A stretch of 64,000 nucleotides of DNA from Syntrophorhabdaceae bacterium. GTDB taxonomy: Bacteria > Desulfobacterota > Syntrophorhabdia > Syntrophorhabdales > Syntrophorhabdaceae. The notes under the pieces are model-generated. The model did no database searches. It was given only the letters and a program-made list of their open reading frames with translations, and was not told the DNA's origin. Positions within the stretch are counted from its first letter, which is position 1; each line of letters opens with the position of its first letter. The stretch is taken from contig OY762209.1 in NCBI GenBank assembly GCA_963665295.1, positions 2,048,001-2,112,000 of the forward strand. Direction: 5' to 3'. Made by a program: the position numbers and the translations under genes. This document shows, piece after piece, positions 9,349 to 18,426 of this stretch.

Positions 9349-12066
9349 TTATGCGAGGGTATCGAGTATGCCCTCGAATTCCTCTTTCTTCCCTTCTTTG
9401 GTGCCCTGTCGGTGCCCTTCTTTCTGTTCTCTTCTCCGGGAATTTTCTTCTCCGTAGGCATCGACGTTTATGGCCGCATATATGTTCTTGCTCTCAAGCT
9501 CTTTCGTCATGGTATCCTTTTGCGCCTGAAGGGCATTCATGAGGCTGTCGCTTCCGCCCTTCACCTCCACTGCGACCCTGTTATTGCCCTGGTCCTTGAA
9601 GCTCACAAGAAGGGAATCTTTGTCGTCGATCTTCAGCCTGAGCACCATATCCTGGGATTGGCCTCTGTTGGCGTAGTTTTCGACCATTTCCTCGATCTTA
9701 TGCACCATGGCCGCGGCATTGGAATTCGTATGCACGCTCCCGGTCCCTTGCTTTGCCTCGGTGGCAGCTGTCCTCATGGAATCCGTGCCGGCGTAAAGTT
9801 CCGGGTTTACCTTCTTTGTGGAATTATCCATAGGTGTGTCGGTTCCCGGCAATCTGTCTTCCTTGCGGTCTTCATGGGTGTCCAAACCCTTTTGTCCGGC
9901 GGACGCTATGGGAGCAAGGGGATCCGCCGAGGGTACTGCGCCCGCACCACTTTCATTAGAAGAAGGAATCCACTGGTCGGCCCCGGTCTTCTGAGGCGCC
10001 GTCACAAAGCCGGCTGCCTTGGCATGGGCGGTTTGGCCCAGGCTCGCGGCCGCGGGGTTGCCCGTTGTCGTCTGGTCCGCCATCGCACTTTGAAGGTTTC
10101 CTTCCCTCGTGGCTGCAAATGAGACGTTCCCTGCGTTCGGTGCCTTATCGGACGGGCTATTCGAAGTTGCCTTGAGTATTTCCACATTATCACCCACGAT
10201 GGTCGCAGCTTTTCCTGTAGCTCCATCGGTTGCATTCAAAAGCACGTAGTCTTTGGAGGCGCTCTGCTGTCCGGCGGAGCCGTTTTGCTCCGAGCCGGTG
10301 GGAGAGTTGCCGGTTCCTGAGTTCTGAGCAAGACCCTTTCCGGTGGCCCGGGAGCCCGCGGCTTCAAGGACTGCCACCGCCGAGACAAGGTTCTCCGTGG
10401 AGGTGGTTTTCGAACCGGTTTTCCCGAATCCCTGGTCAACGGTCGCCGTCTGCGGTTTCACGGAGAGAAGGTTAGGGAGAACGGCGCTTAAGAGCATGGT
10501 GTTTCTCACTACATCGTCCGTGGCCGGGGTGGTTTCGCTTGCATGCATCGACTCGTCGGACGATGGAGTAACCTTCTTCTCTTTTGCCGCGCCTTCGATT
10601 CCATGTGAAGGAGGCGGGGACGGTCTCTCGCCCGTATCGGTCCTCAGAGCGGCAAGGACGGTCGCGACAGTTGTGTCATTGGTATTCTTTGTGCCCGTAT
10701 CGGTCCTCAGAGCGGCAAGGACCGTCGCGAGATCGGCGTCGGTCACATCTTTTGCGCCCGCGGTCTCTTTGAGAGCGGCAAGGACCGTCGCGACGTTGGT
10801 GTGTGTCGTATCATCCGTTGTACCCGCATCAGTCCTCAGAGCGGCAAGGACGGTCGCGACAGTCGTGTCGTTGGTATCCTTTGTGCCCGTATCGGTCCTG
10901 AGAGCGGCAAGGACCGTCGCGAGATCGGCTTCGGTCGCATCTTTTGCGCCCGTGGTGTCTTTCAGAGCGGCAAGGACGGTCCTGAGATCGGCTTCCGTCA
11001 GGTTCTTTGCGCCCGCGGTCTCTTTCAGAGCGGCAAGAACGGTCCTGAGATCGGCGTCGGTCACATCTTTTGCGCCCGTAGTGGCTTTCAAAGTCGCAAG
11101 GACGGTCGCGACAGTCGTGTCGTTGGTATCCTTTGTGCCCGTATCGGTCCTGAGAGCGGCAAGGACGGTCGCGAGATCGGCTTCCGTCAGGTTCTTTGCG
11201 CCCGCGGTCTCTTTCAGAGCGGCAAGAACGGTCCTGAGATCGGCGTCGGTCACATCTTTTGCGCCCGTAGTGGCTTTCAAAGTCGCAAGGACGGTCGCGA
11301 CAGTCGTGTCGTTGGTATCCTTTGTGCCCGTATCGGTCCTGAGAGCGGCAAGGACGGTCGCGAGATCGGCTTCCGTCAGGTTCTTTGCGCCCGTGGTGTC
11401 TTTCAGAGCGGCAAGGACCGTCGCGAGATCGGCGTCGGTCACATCTTTTGCGCCCGTAGCGGCTTTCAAGGTTGCAAGGACGGTCGCGACGTCGGTGCTT
11501 GTCGGACTCTTTGTGCATGCGTCGGTCGCGGCTTTGCCGTCTATATGGTTGTCTCCATCGGAGGCCTTGCCGGACGCGCCTGCAACCCATGTCTCCAGCG
11601 GACTTTCAGTCTTGCCCGCTCTCTGGCCGGACAGGAGCCCGCGGAGGTCCTTGTTCCCTTCCAGGACCTTTACGACGTCCTTCACATTACCCGTCTTGAG
11701 GGCGTCGGCGATGGCGCCGAGAATATCTTCTATGGCGCCGTTTGAATAGGACCCGAATGCCTGACCTGAGTCCGCGTTGCCGTTTCCCTGCGCCTGGGTG
11801 GTAAGGAGGACGGGAAGGAAAGCAAGGGCGTCGATAATGTCGAGCGACATGGACAAGGCATCCGACGACGACGTGCCGGTCCCCTGCTTCTGGCTTTTGC
11901 CGGTTGTCCCTTTGGCGTCCGATGTCCCCTTGCCTCCGTCGATGGTGCTCTTGAGAAGCTTGAAGAAAGAGTCCGAAGAGCCTCCCTTTTCCTGACCCGT
12001 TATCAACGTCGGGGGCTGTGGATTCGAAGGTTTCGAAAGCAATATGTTTGCGAGTGTGGTTTCCAT
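9349..12066 (-). CDS. fliK: Flagellar hook-length control protein FliK, repeat-expanded (905 aa)
   Basis: Lies between fliJ and flgD; long Ala/Thr/Gly-rich low-complexity body; C-terminal region MVLRLKIDDKDSLLVSFK...VAVEV...ALQAQKDTMTKELE fits a divergent T3S4 domain. Confidence 0.85.
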   Translation of the reverse strand: METTLANILLSKPSNPQPPTLITGQEKGGSSDSFFKLLKSTIDGGKGTSDAKGTTGKSQKQGTGTSSSDALSMSLDIIDALAFLPVLLTTQAQGNGNADSGQAFGSYSNGAIEDILGAIADALKTGNVKDVVKVLEGNKDLRGLLSGQRAGKTESPLETWVAGASGKASDGDNHIDGKAATDACTKSPTSTDVATVLATLKAATGAKDVTDADLATVLAALKDTTGAKNLTEADLATVLAALRTDTGTKDTNDTTVATVLATLKATTGAKDVTDADLRTVLAALKETAGAKNLTEADLATVLAALRTDTGTKDTNDTTVATVLATLKATTGAKDVTDADLRTVLAALKETAGAKNLTEADLRTVLAALKDTTGAKDATEADLATVLAALRTDTGTKDTNDTTVATVLAALRTDAGTTDDTTHTNVATVLAALKETAGAKDVTDADLATVLAALRTDTGTKNTNDTTVATVLAALRTDTGERPSPPPSHGIEGAAKEKKVTPSSDESMHASETTPATDDVVRNTMLLSAVLPNLLSVKPQTATVDQGFGKTGSKTTSTENLVSAVAVLEAAGSRATGKGLAQNSGTGNSPTGSEQNGSAGQQSASKDYVLLNATDGATGKAATIVGDNVEILKATSNSPSDKAPNAGNVSFAATREGNLQSAMADQTTTGNPAAASLGQTAHAKAAGFVTAPQKTGADQWIPSSNESGAGAVPSADPLAPIASAGQKGLDTHEDRKEDRLPGTDTPMDNSTKKVNPELYAGTDSMRTAATEAKQGTGSVHTNSNAAAMVHKIEEMVENYANRGQSQDMVLRLKIDDKDSLLVSFKDQGNNRVAVEVKGGSDSLMNALQAQKDTMTKELESKNIYAAINVDAYGEENSRRREQKEGHRQGTKEGKKEEFEGILDTLA
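10631..11496 (-). repeat. Intragenic tandem repeat, 14 x 63 nt (21 aa), with a 189-nt higher-order unit
   Basis: GCAAGGA recurs at 11348, 11411 and 11474; peptide unit (D/E)ADLATVLAALK(D/E)TTGAK(D/N)xT; GAGATCGGCTTCCGTCAGG recurs at 10984, 11173 and 11362. Confidence 0.97.
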
Positions 12067-12080
12067 TACCCATATTCCTT

Positions 12081-12096
12081 AACAAGAAGCGTGCCA
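12081..12096 (-). promoter_or_regulatory. sigma54-type promoter of fliK-flgD-flgE (variant -12)
   Basis: Minus strand TGGCACGCTTCTTGTT: consensus -24, GT in place of GC at -12. Confidence 0.7.
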
Positions 12097-12151
12097 CACA
12101 AAAAATGTAGTAATATCAAATACTAATGGACGTGTGGGGTAGGAAGGGGAC

Positions 12152-12184
12152 GGGAAATATATTCCTTACTGGGAAATAATTTCC
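12152..12184. promoter_or_regulatory. Paired quasi-palindromic activator sites upstream of fliK
   Basis: GGGAAATATATTCC (12152-12165) and GGGAAATAATTTCC (12171-12184), 19-nt period. Confidence 0.6.
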
Positions 12185-12306
12185 TCCTGTCCGGGTCTCT
12201 GCCCGTTTCGGGTCCGGCGGTGGACCCGGGCGACGCCGGGCAGGGCAGTGCGGAAATTGCAGCCATACCATGTGATGTGAAGGGGTGAAGCGGGAAAGGG
12301 GCTTGA

Positions 12307-12735
12307 CTAGAGCTTTTTACCGAGGGAGCGGAGGGCCATGTCGTCCATATTCTTCTGGTCTTTCCGGTTGAGCAATTTCTTTTCGCGCTCCATGGCTTTT
12401 GCCTTCAGGGTATCGAGCATCTTGATGTCTCTGGCGAGTTCAACCATCTCCGCCCTCAGTTCGACGAGCCTTGTTGCGATATTTTCCTTCTCGTTGTTGA
12501 GGTCGGTTTTCTTGGCGTCGAGAGAGAAGAGAAAATCCCTCAGGACAGAGAAATCGCTCCCCCCCATGGCCGAGGATCCCATGGTCTCGTAACCATCCCT
12601 CAAGGCTGATTCAACGGAAGCAATGGCCTGGCGGACCCTTTCCAGGGCCGCAAGGGTGCGCTCCAGGTCCGCTTTCTTGTCGTCCATTACCTTGTTCTTT
12701 ATCTCGATGATCCGGTCAAGACGAAATTTGGGCAT
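12307..12735 (-). CDS. fliJ: Flagellar export protein FliJ
   Basis: 142-aa coiled coil, MPKFRLDRII...DQKNMDDMA; follows fliI. Confidence 0.9.
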   Translation of the reverse strand: MPKFRLDRIIEIKNKVMDDKKADLERTLAALERVRQAIASVESALRDGYETMGSSAMGGSDFSVLRDFLFSLDAKKTDLNNEKENIATRLVELRAEMVELARDIKMLDTLKAKAMEREKKLLNRKDQKNMDDMALRSLGKKL

Positions 12736-12753
12736 GGTTCAGTCACCGGCCTT

Positions 12754-14088
12754 TTATTGTTTTTTTGAATAAAAGAGGATTTTCATACTGTTAAGGGTAT
12801 CCTCCAGGGTGGACCTCTCGTCTATGCCCTGTTTGAGGAATATCTTCACCTTGTCCACCATGGCGACTGCGTCGTCGATCTTCTTGTTGCTTCCCGGATT
12901 GTAGGCGCCTATATTGATGAGGTCTTCCGCTCTTTCGTACTCCGAGAGTATTTCAACCATCCTGCCCGCGCACTCCACCTGTTCCTTCGGGGCGATATCC
13001 TTCATGATCCTGCTTATGCTCCTGAGCACGTCGATGGGGGGATACTGGTTCATGTCCGACAGTTTCCGCGAAAGCACCACGTGACCGTCAAGGATGGACC
13101 GTGCTGCATCGACTATGGGGTCGTCGAGGTCATCCCCTTCCACGAGGACCGTATAGATGGCCGTCATGGTCCCATCCCCTTCCCCGTTGCCGGCCCTTTC
13201 GAGAAGCTGGGCGAGAAGAGAGAAGACGCTCGGCGTGTACCCTTTGGAGGTGGGAGGTTCGCCGATGGCCAGGCCGACCTCTCTCTGGGCCATGCCGAAC
13301 CGCGTGAGGGAATCCATAAGGAGGAGGACATCGTTTTCCTGGTCCCTGAAATATTCCGCCATGGCAACAGTGAGAAAAGCGGCCCTCACCCGGATAAGAG
13401 GCGGCTGGTCGGAGGTGGCGACAATGACGACGGAATGCTCGATGCCTTCGCCAAGGTCCCGCTCGATGAATTCCCTCACCTCCCTGCCTCGTTCGCCTAT
13501 CAGCCCGATCACGTTGATATTCGCCTCCGTGTGGCGGGCGATCATGCCGAGGAGCACGCTCTTGCCCACGCCCGAGCCGGCGAAAATCCCCATTCTCTGT
13601 CCTTTCCCGCAGGTGAGGAGGCCGTTCATGCTCCGTATACCGAGGTCGAGGGGTTCGGTGATACGTTTCTTCATCATGGGGTTCACGGTTTCACGGTATA
13701 TGGGGACCATGGCGTCGGCCTGGATGGGTCCCTTGCCGTCCATGGGGTTCCCGAGGCCGTCGATAACCCTTCCCAGGAGGCCGTTACCTACCCGGGTGTT
13801 TACGGTGCGTTTCCTGGACAGTATCTTCGATCCTATGCCCACCCCCCGCAAGTCGCCAAGAGGCATGAGAAGGGTCTTCCCGTTCTTGAAGCCCACCACT
13901 TCCGCATCGATGGGATTGGCGCCGTCCACCGGGTATATGAGGGCCGAATCCCCCACGGAAGAGATGGGACCTTTCCCTTCGATGACGAGCCCCACAATCT
14001 GGTTCACCTTGCCGTAGACTCTGTAGGGGTAAAAATCGGAGAGCTTTTCCCTTAAAACAGCGGTCTTTTCCTGCTCGTTTCCGTTCAC
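12754..14088 (-). CDS. fliI: Flagellar export ATPase FliI
   Basis: Walker A GIFAGSGVGKS, GLIGERGREVREF, LMDSLTRF, ILDGHVVLSR. Confidence 0.98.
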   Translation of the reverse strand: MNGNEQEKTAVLREKLSDFYPYRVYGKVNQIVGLVIEGKGPISSVGDSALIYPVDGANPIDAEVVGFKNGKTLLMPLGDLRGVGIGSKILSRKRTVNTRVGNGLLGRVIDGLGNPMDGKGPIQADAMVPIYRETVNPMMKKRITEPLDLGIRSMNGLLTCGKGQRMGIFAGSGVGKSVLLGMIARHTEANINVIGLIGERGREVREFIERDLGEGIEHSVVIVATSDQPPLIRVRAAFLTVAMAEYFRDQENDVLLLMDSLTRFGMAQREVGLAIGEPPTSKGYTPSVFSLLAQLLERAGNGEGDGTMTAIYTVLVEGDDLDDPIVDAARSILDGHVVLSRKLSDMNQYPPIDVLRSISRIMKDIAPKEQVECAGRMVEILSEYERAEDLINIGAYNPGSNKKIDDAVAMVDKVKIFLKQGIDERSTLEDTLNSMKILFYSKKQ

Positions 14089-14723
14089 TCAAGGATCCTT
14101 TTCTTGAGTTCTTCCAACTGGGTCGATATCCTGCCGTCTATGTCCCCGAAGTTTGTTTCGATCACAAAACCAGGTTCCTGGACGGAATCGTCGGGTACGA
14201 TTTTCAGAAAGGCGTTCTGCCTCGCCGTGACATACTGCACGTCATCCGGTCTTACCCGTATGGTGACGTCGGCGCTCCCTTCGCAGATATCGAGGGCCTT
14301 TTTCACCATTTCCGAGACAATCTCTCTCTTTTCATCGCACGACTGGAGGACAATAGCCTCCGCAAAGACGAAGGCCAGTTCGATGCACATCGTTTCCGAT
14401 CGTTCCCTCAAATCGTCTTTTGCCTGTTCCAGTTCCGAGATGTAGCGATTCAGCCTTTTAACCAGGGGATCGACCCTCTTCATCCCCATTTCACGGCCTG
14501 CCTTTTCTCCCTCCGCAAAGGCCTCCTCGAATATCTTCCTTGTGGCGGCCTCCACGTCGATAGGCTCATCGACGATCTCCCCGGACTCCTCCTGTTGTTC
14601 CTCTTCAGCGTCGAACTCGCCGGTGGAGGTGTCAAAGATGCCGACGAACTCCCCTGTCTCCGCCGCACATTCCGGCTCGTCGCCGAAAGGACAGAGGGTA
14701 AAGGGCTCGACAGACTCAGACAA
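14085..14723 (-). CDS. fliH: Flagellar assembly protein FliH
   Basis: AxxxGxxxGxxxG repeat (AFAEGEKAGREMG) and IETNFGDIDGRI; start placed at TTG 14723 overlapping the fliG stop (ORF track extends to 14789). Confidence 0.9.
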   Translation of the reverse strand: MSESVEPFTLCPFGDEPECAAETGEFVGIFDTSTGEFDAEEEQQEESGEIVDEPIDVEAATRKIFEEAFAEGEKAGREMGMKRVDPLVKRLNRYISELEQAKDDLRERSETMCIELAFVFAEAIVLQSCDEKREIVSEMVKKALDICEGSADVTIRVRPDDVQYVTARQNAFLKIVPDDSVQEPGFVIETNFGDIDGRISTQLEELKKRILE

Positions 14724-15714
14724 ACTTTTCGCCTCCCCTGGAGAGGATGAGCTTGCCTTCGCCCTCGAGCTTCTTTGCCACCATAGCAATCTTTATCTGG
14801 GCTTTTTCCACATCCGAAAGTCTGACAGGTCCCATGGCTTCGAGATCTTCCTTCAACATGGCGGAGGCCCTCTCGGACATATTCGAGAATATCTTGTCTT
14901 TCATGGTATCGGACGCACCCTTGAGGGCTATGGAAATATCTTCCGAGGAGACTTCCTTCAGGAGTACCTGAACTCCCCTGTCGTCAAGCTGGGAGAGATC
15001 CTCGAAGGTAAACATGAGATTACGGATCTTTTCGGCAAGTTCCGGGTCGAGTTCTTCGACCTTTCCGAGGAGGTCCATTTCGAGGGTCCGGTCCATCTGG
15101 TTGAAGATGCCCGCAACCACTTCCACGCCCCCCAGCTGTCTCCCTTCCACCGTGCCCGTGGCCTCCAGTTCTTCCTTCAGAACGGTCTCTATCTCCTCGA
15201 GGACCTTGGTGTCAACCTTGGCGAGGTTTGCCATTCTCATCACCACTTCACTTTGCACCCTGTCGGGCAGGGCAACGATGGCCTCGCCCGCCTTTTTCGT
15301 GCCGAGGGTGGAAAGGACCAGGGCTATTGTCTGAGGGTGTTCCCCTCTCAGGACATTGGCGAGTACCTTGGGGTCGCATCTCCTCAGGAACTCGCCGGGC
15401 ATCCCCCTCTTGGTCTCCATGGTTTCGAGGAACAGTTCGGCCTTTTCTTCGCCGAAGCTCTTCTTTATGAGCATCTTGAATCTCGACTCGCCGCCGATGA
15501 TCGTCTTGTTTCTCTTCTGCAACTTTTTTGAAAACTCTTCGTGTACCTTGTTTACCATGGTCTCGGGAATGAAGGCGAGCTGGGACATTTCCTTCCCGAG
15601 GGCTTCGATTTCGTCCTCGGTGAGGTCTTTGATAATCTCCTTCGATATCTCCTCATCCATGGTAAGGAGGAGTACCGCCGCTTTTCTCACTCCCGGCAGA
15701 TCGTCGCTATCCAT
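14716..15714 (-). CDS. fliG: Flagellar motor switch protein FliG
   Basis: GVRKAAVLL, EHPQTIALVL, MFTFEDL, NMSERA, GPVRLSDVE; start placed at ATG 15714 coupled to the fliF stop. Confidence 0.98.
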   Translation of the reverse strand: MDSDDLPGVRKAAVLLLTMDEEISKEIIKDLTEDEIEALGKEMSQLAFIPETMVNKVHEEFSKKLQKRNKTIIGGESRFKMLIKKSFGEEKAELFLETMETKRGMPGEFLRRCDPKVLANVLRGEHPQTIALVLSTLGTKKAGEAIVALPDRVQSEVVMRMANLAKVDTKVLEEIETVLKEELEATGTVEGRQLGGVEVVAGIFNQMDRTLEMDLLGKVEELDPELAEKIRNLMFTFEDLSQLDDRGVQVLLKEVSSEDISIALKGASDTMKDKIFSNMSERASAMLKEDLEAMGPVRLSDVEKAQIKIAMVAKKLEGEGKLILSRGGEKFV

Positions 15715-17348
15715 CACGCTCCTTCCTTCACCCACTCTTTTATGATGGAGCCCACAAGGGCCTTATCCTTCATAGCCTCCGTGAGCGCGCTCTGCGGTTT
15801 TTCCTCCAGAGCCGGTGCTCCTACCGGGGGATTCAACGGGGTCTTGCCTGCTGTTTTCTGGTTTTTTGTATAGACATCCTTTATCTGGTGAAGGGCAACC
15901 GTATCGGTGCCGCGTTTCTTGAGTATGTTCAGTATGGGCCTCAAGATGAACAGGTAGATGGACAACAGGATCGCCACATAGAAGACATACTTGCCCGCGT
16001 TAAAGATGAGGTCGTTCCGCTGTTCCTTGTCCATGACCGCTTTTTCCTCGGAGAAGGTGTCCGTCTCAAAGGGGATGTTCAGAACCTCTATCTTATCGCC
16101 CCTTTCTTCACTGTAGCCCACGGCCCTTGCCACGAGATTCTTCACGTCCGCCAGTTCCTTCTGGGACCGGGGCAGATACTTGATCTCCTCCCCCTTTGCC
16201 CCTTTGACCTTTTCATACTTGCCGTCCACCACTATGGCGAGAGATATCTTCTTGATGTCACCGAAGGGCTCCACGATCTTCCTCACCGATTTGCTCACCT
16301 CATAGGAGATCTGGCTTTCCTCTCTTTCCGAGTCATTCAGCTTCTGAGGGGGCTCCTGTTTCTGAGGGGCGCCCGGAGGCGCTCCGCCTGCGGCGACCTG
16401 GGGACTGTTCGAAGCCACTCCCGGCACTCCGCCCGCGCCTTTCTGGTTCTGGCTGGTCGATTTTTCCCTGCTTTTCCGTTCGTTCGTTATTGCCGACTTT
16501 CCAGGCAGGTACTCCTCCTCGACCTTTTCCACCTTTCTCAGGTTGAGTTCCACGTTGGCCCGTACGATCGATTTGCTCGCGGGGATGAACTTATCGAGCA
16601 TGGACTGTATCGATTCTTCCACCCTTTTCTCCACGTTCTTCTGGAGCTCGTACTGCTGTCCCGAAAGGACGACCGGTGAATTGGCGTCGCCACTCTTGTA
16701 GAGGATCGCGCCGGAGGAGTCTATTATGGAGACATTTTCCGGCTTCAGGTTTTCGATGCTCCCCGATACGAGCTGAACTATGCCGGATATCTGATCCTTA
16801 GCCAATGTTCTGCCCGGTTTCAGCTTGAGAAATACGGAAGCGGTGACGTCCCTTTCCTTATCGGTAAAGAGGGTTTTCTCGGGAATAGCCAGGTGGACCC
16901 TCGATCCCTTGACCTCCGGCATCTGATTTATGGTCCTCGACAGTTCCCCTTGTATGGCCCTTTTGTAGTTGACGTTCTGCATGAACTCGGTCATGCCGTA
17001 GTTCGTCTTGTCAAAGAGCTCGAAACCTACTCCGGCGCTGCCGGGCAGCGAATTCTGGGAGGCGAGCATAAGCCTTACATCGTAAACCTTCTCTTTGGGG
17101 ACGGAGATCGTATTCCCTCCCAGCCCCAGCTTGTAAGGGATCTTCTGTTCCTTCAGTTTCGTGACGATCATGGAAGCGTCTTCAGTGGAAAGTCCCGTGA
17201 AGAGGGTATTATAATTCTCTTTTTGCAGGAATGAGAGTCCTATTATGGACCCGCCTACTATCGCAACGAAGGCGAGGAGGTAGGTGTACAGTTTTGCCTT
17301 CGGAACACCCTGTATGAAGCCCTTCGCTTTTGCGAGATATTCTTCCAT
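15714..17348 (-). CDS. fliF: Flagellar MS-ring protein FliF
   Basis: Two TMs, VGFELFDK, GMTEF, RAIQGELSRTI, RVHLAIP. Confidence 0.98.
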   Translation of the reverse strand: MEEYLAKAKGFIQGVPKAKLYTYLLAFVAIVGGSIIGLSFLQKENYNTLFTGLSTEDASMIVTKLKEQKIPYKLGLGGNTISVPKEKVYDVRLMLASQNSLPGSAGVGFELFDKTNYGMTEFMQNVNYKRAIQGELSRTINQMPEVKGSRVHLAIPEKTLFTDKERDVTASVFLKLKPGRTLAKDQISGIVQLVSGSIENLKPENVSIIDSSGAILYKSGDANSPVVLSGQQYELQKNVEKRVEESIQSMLDKFIPASKSIVRANVELNLRKVEKVEEEYLPGKSAITNERKSREKSTSQNQKGAGGVPGVASNSPQVAAGGAPPGAPQKQEPPQKLNDSEREESQISYEVSKSVRKIVEPFGDIKKISLAIVVDGKYEKVKGAKGEEIKYLPRSQKELADVKNLVARAVGYSEERGDKIEVLNIPFETDTFSEEKAVMDKEQRNDLIFNAGKYVFYVAILLSIYLFILRPILNILKKRGTDTVALHQIKDVYTKNQKTAGKTPLNPPVGAPALEEKPQSALTEAMKDKALVGSIIKEWVKEGA

Positions 17349-17351
17349 CGC

Positions 17352-17642
17352 TTACACCTGCATCCGCATTATCTCTTCGTAGGCGCTGATGATCTTATTC
17401 CGGACCTGCATCATCAATTGAAAGGAGACGTCCGCTTTTTCAATGGCGATCATCGTGTTATGAACGTCCTGGGTCTCCATCTTCGCGAGCTGTTCCGTCT
17501 GGGCGTTGGCCTCTTTTTCGAGTTCCCCCACCTTCTGGATGGAGTCTTTGAGGATCTGGCTGAAGGAGCCCGGGGCTTTCTTTTCGGGCCGGGCGACTTT
17601 GCTCTCGACAAGTGGTCCAAGGTTTAGATTTTCAATCTTCAT
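17352..17642 (-). CDS. fliE: Hook-basal body protein FliE
   Basis: DVHNTMIAIEKA...QVRNKIISAYEEIMRMQV. Confidence 0.97.
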   Translation of the reverse strand: MKIENLNLGPLVESKVARPEKKAPGSFSQILKDSIQKVGELEKEANAQTEQLAKMETQDVHNTMIAIEKADVSFQLMMQVRNKIISAYEEIMRMQV

Positions 17643-17650
17643 ACGGCCTC

Positions 17651-18082
17651 CTACCTGCCTATTTCCAGGGCCTTCAGGAACATGTCCTTCGTCGTGTTTA
17701 CCACGTTGACATTCGCCTCATACGCCCTCGTGGCAACCATCATGTCGGCCATTTCCTGCATGAGGTTGACGTTGGGATACTCGACATACCCTTCGCCGTT
17801 TGCGTCGGGGTGGGAAGGATCGAAGGTTTTCTGGAAAGGGGTGTCGCTTGTCCTTATCTCTCCCACCTTTACCCCTTCGATCTTTTCCGAAAACACGCGG
17901 TCGAACCTTTGGTTCTCCGAAAGATCGACAGGAACGAAAGTGACCTCTTTCTTCCGGTACGGTCCTCCGTCGTCGGACTTCGTGCTGTGGATGTTGGCGA
18001 GGTTTGTGGCGATCGTCTCCATCCTTATCCTCTGTGCGTTCAGTGCCGACGCGCCTACCTTGAGAATGCTGAGAATTCCCAT
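17651..18082 (-). CDS. flgC: Basal-body rod protein FlgC
   Basis: AQRIRMETIATNLAN, GPYRKK, PSHPDAN, YPNVN, RAYEAN. Confidence 0.98.
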   Translation of the reverse strand: MGILSILKVGASALNAQRIRMETIATNLANIHSTKSDDGGPYRKKEVTFVPVDLSENQRFDRVFSEKIEGVKVGEIRTSDTPFQKTFDPSHPDANGEGYVEYPNVNLMQEMADMMVATRAYEANVNVVNTTKDMFLKALEIGR

Positions 18083-18084
18083 GA

Positions 18085-18426
18085 TTATCCTCTCCCTTCT
18101 CTTATTATGTACTTCATAAGGGCAAACTTCTTTGAAATGACGCGGGCAAGGGAGTTGAAGTACAGGCTGTTTTCCGTAATCTTCATTATCTGGTCCTCCA
18201 TGTTGACCGTGTTCCCATCCGAACTGTTGAGACCGTTGTACTCCGTCTTCTCCGTCACCTTTATGTCCTCGGTGCCCTTCGTCATTCTCTCCCGGAGCGC
18301 CGCGTTGAAGTCCACGTCCTTCTCTTTGTAATTGGGAGTTTCCACATTCGCCACATTACTCGCAAGGACCTTGTGGTAGAATGACCGGATGTTAAGTGCT
18401 TTTTCGACGAGATCTGTTACTTCCAT
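18085..18426 (-). CDS. flgB: Basal-body rod protein FlgB
   Basis: LASNVANVETPNYKEKDVDF, DGNTVN. Confidence 0.96.
   Translation of the reverse strand: MEVTDLVEKALNIRSFYHKVLASNVANVETPNYKEKDVDFNAALRERMTKGTEDIKVTEKTEYNGLNSSDGNTVNMEDQIMKITENSLYFNSLARVISKKFALMKYIIREGRG

Noticed and set aside
10631..11496. Possible CRISPR array
   Set aside because: Units are contiguous 63-nt coding repeats with no unique spacers, and there are no cas genes.
10343..11749. Repetitive ORFs in other frames over the fliK array (468, 314 and 253 aa)
   Set aside because: A 63-nt repeat without stops keeps several frames open; only the fliK frame has a promoter, operon context and a terminal domain.
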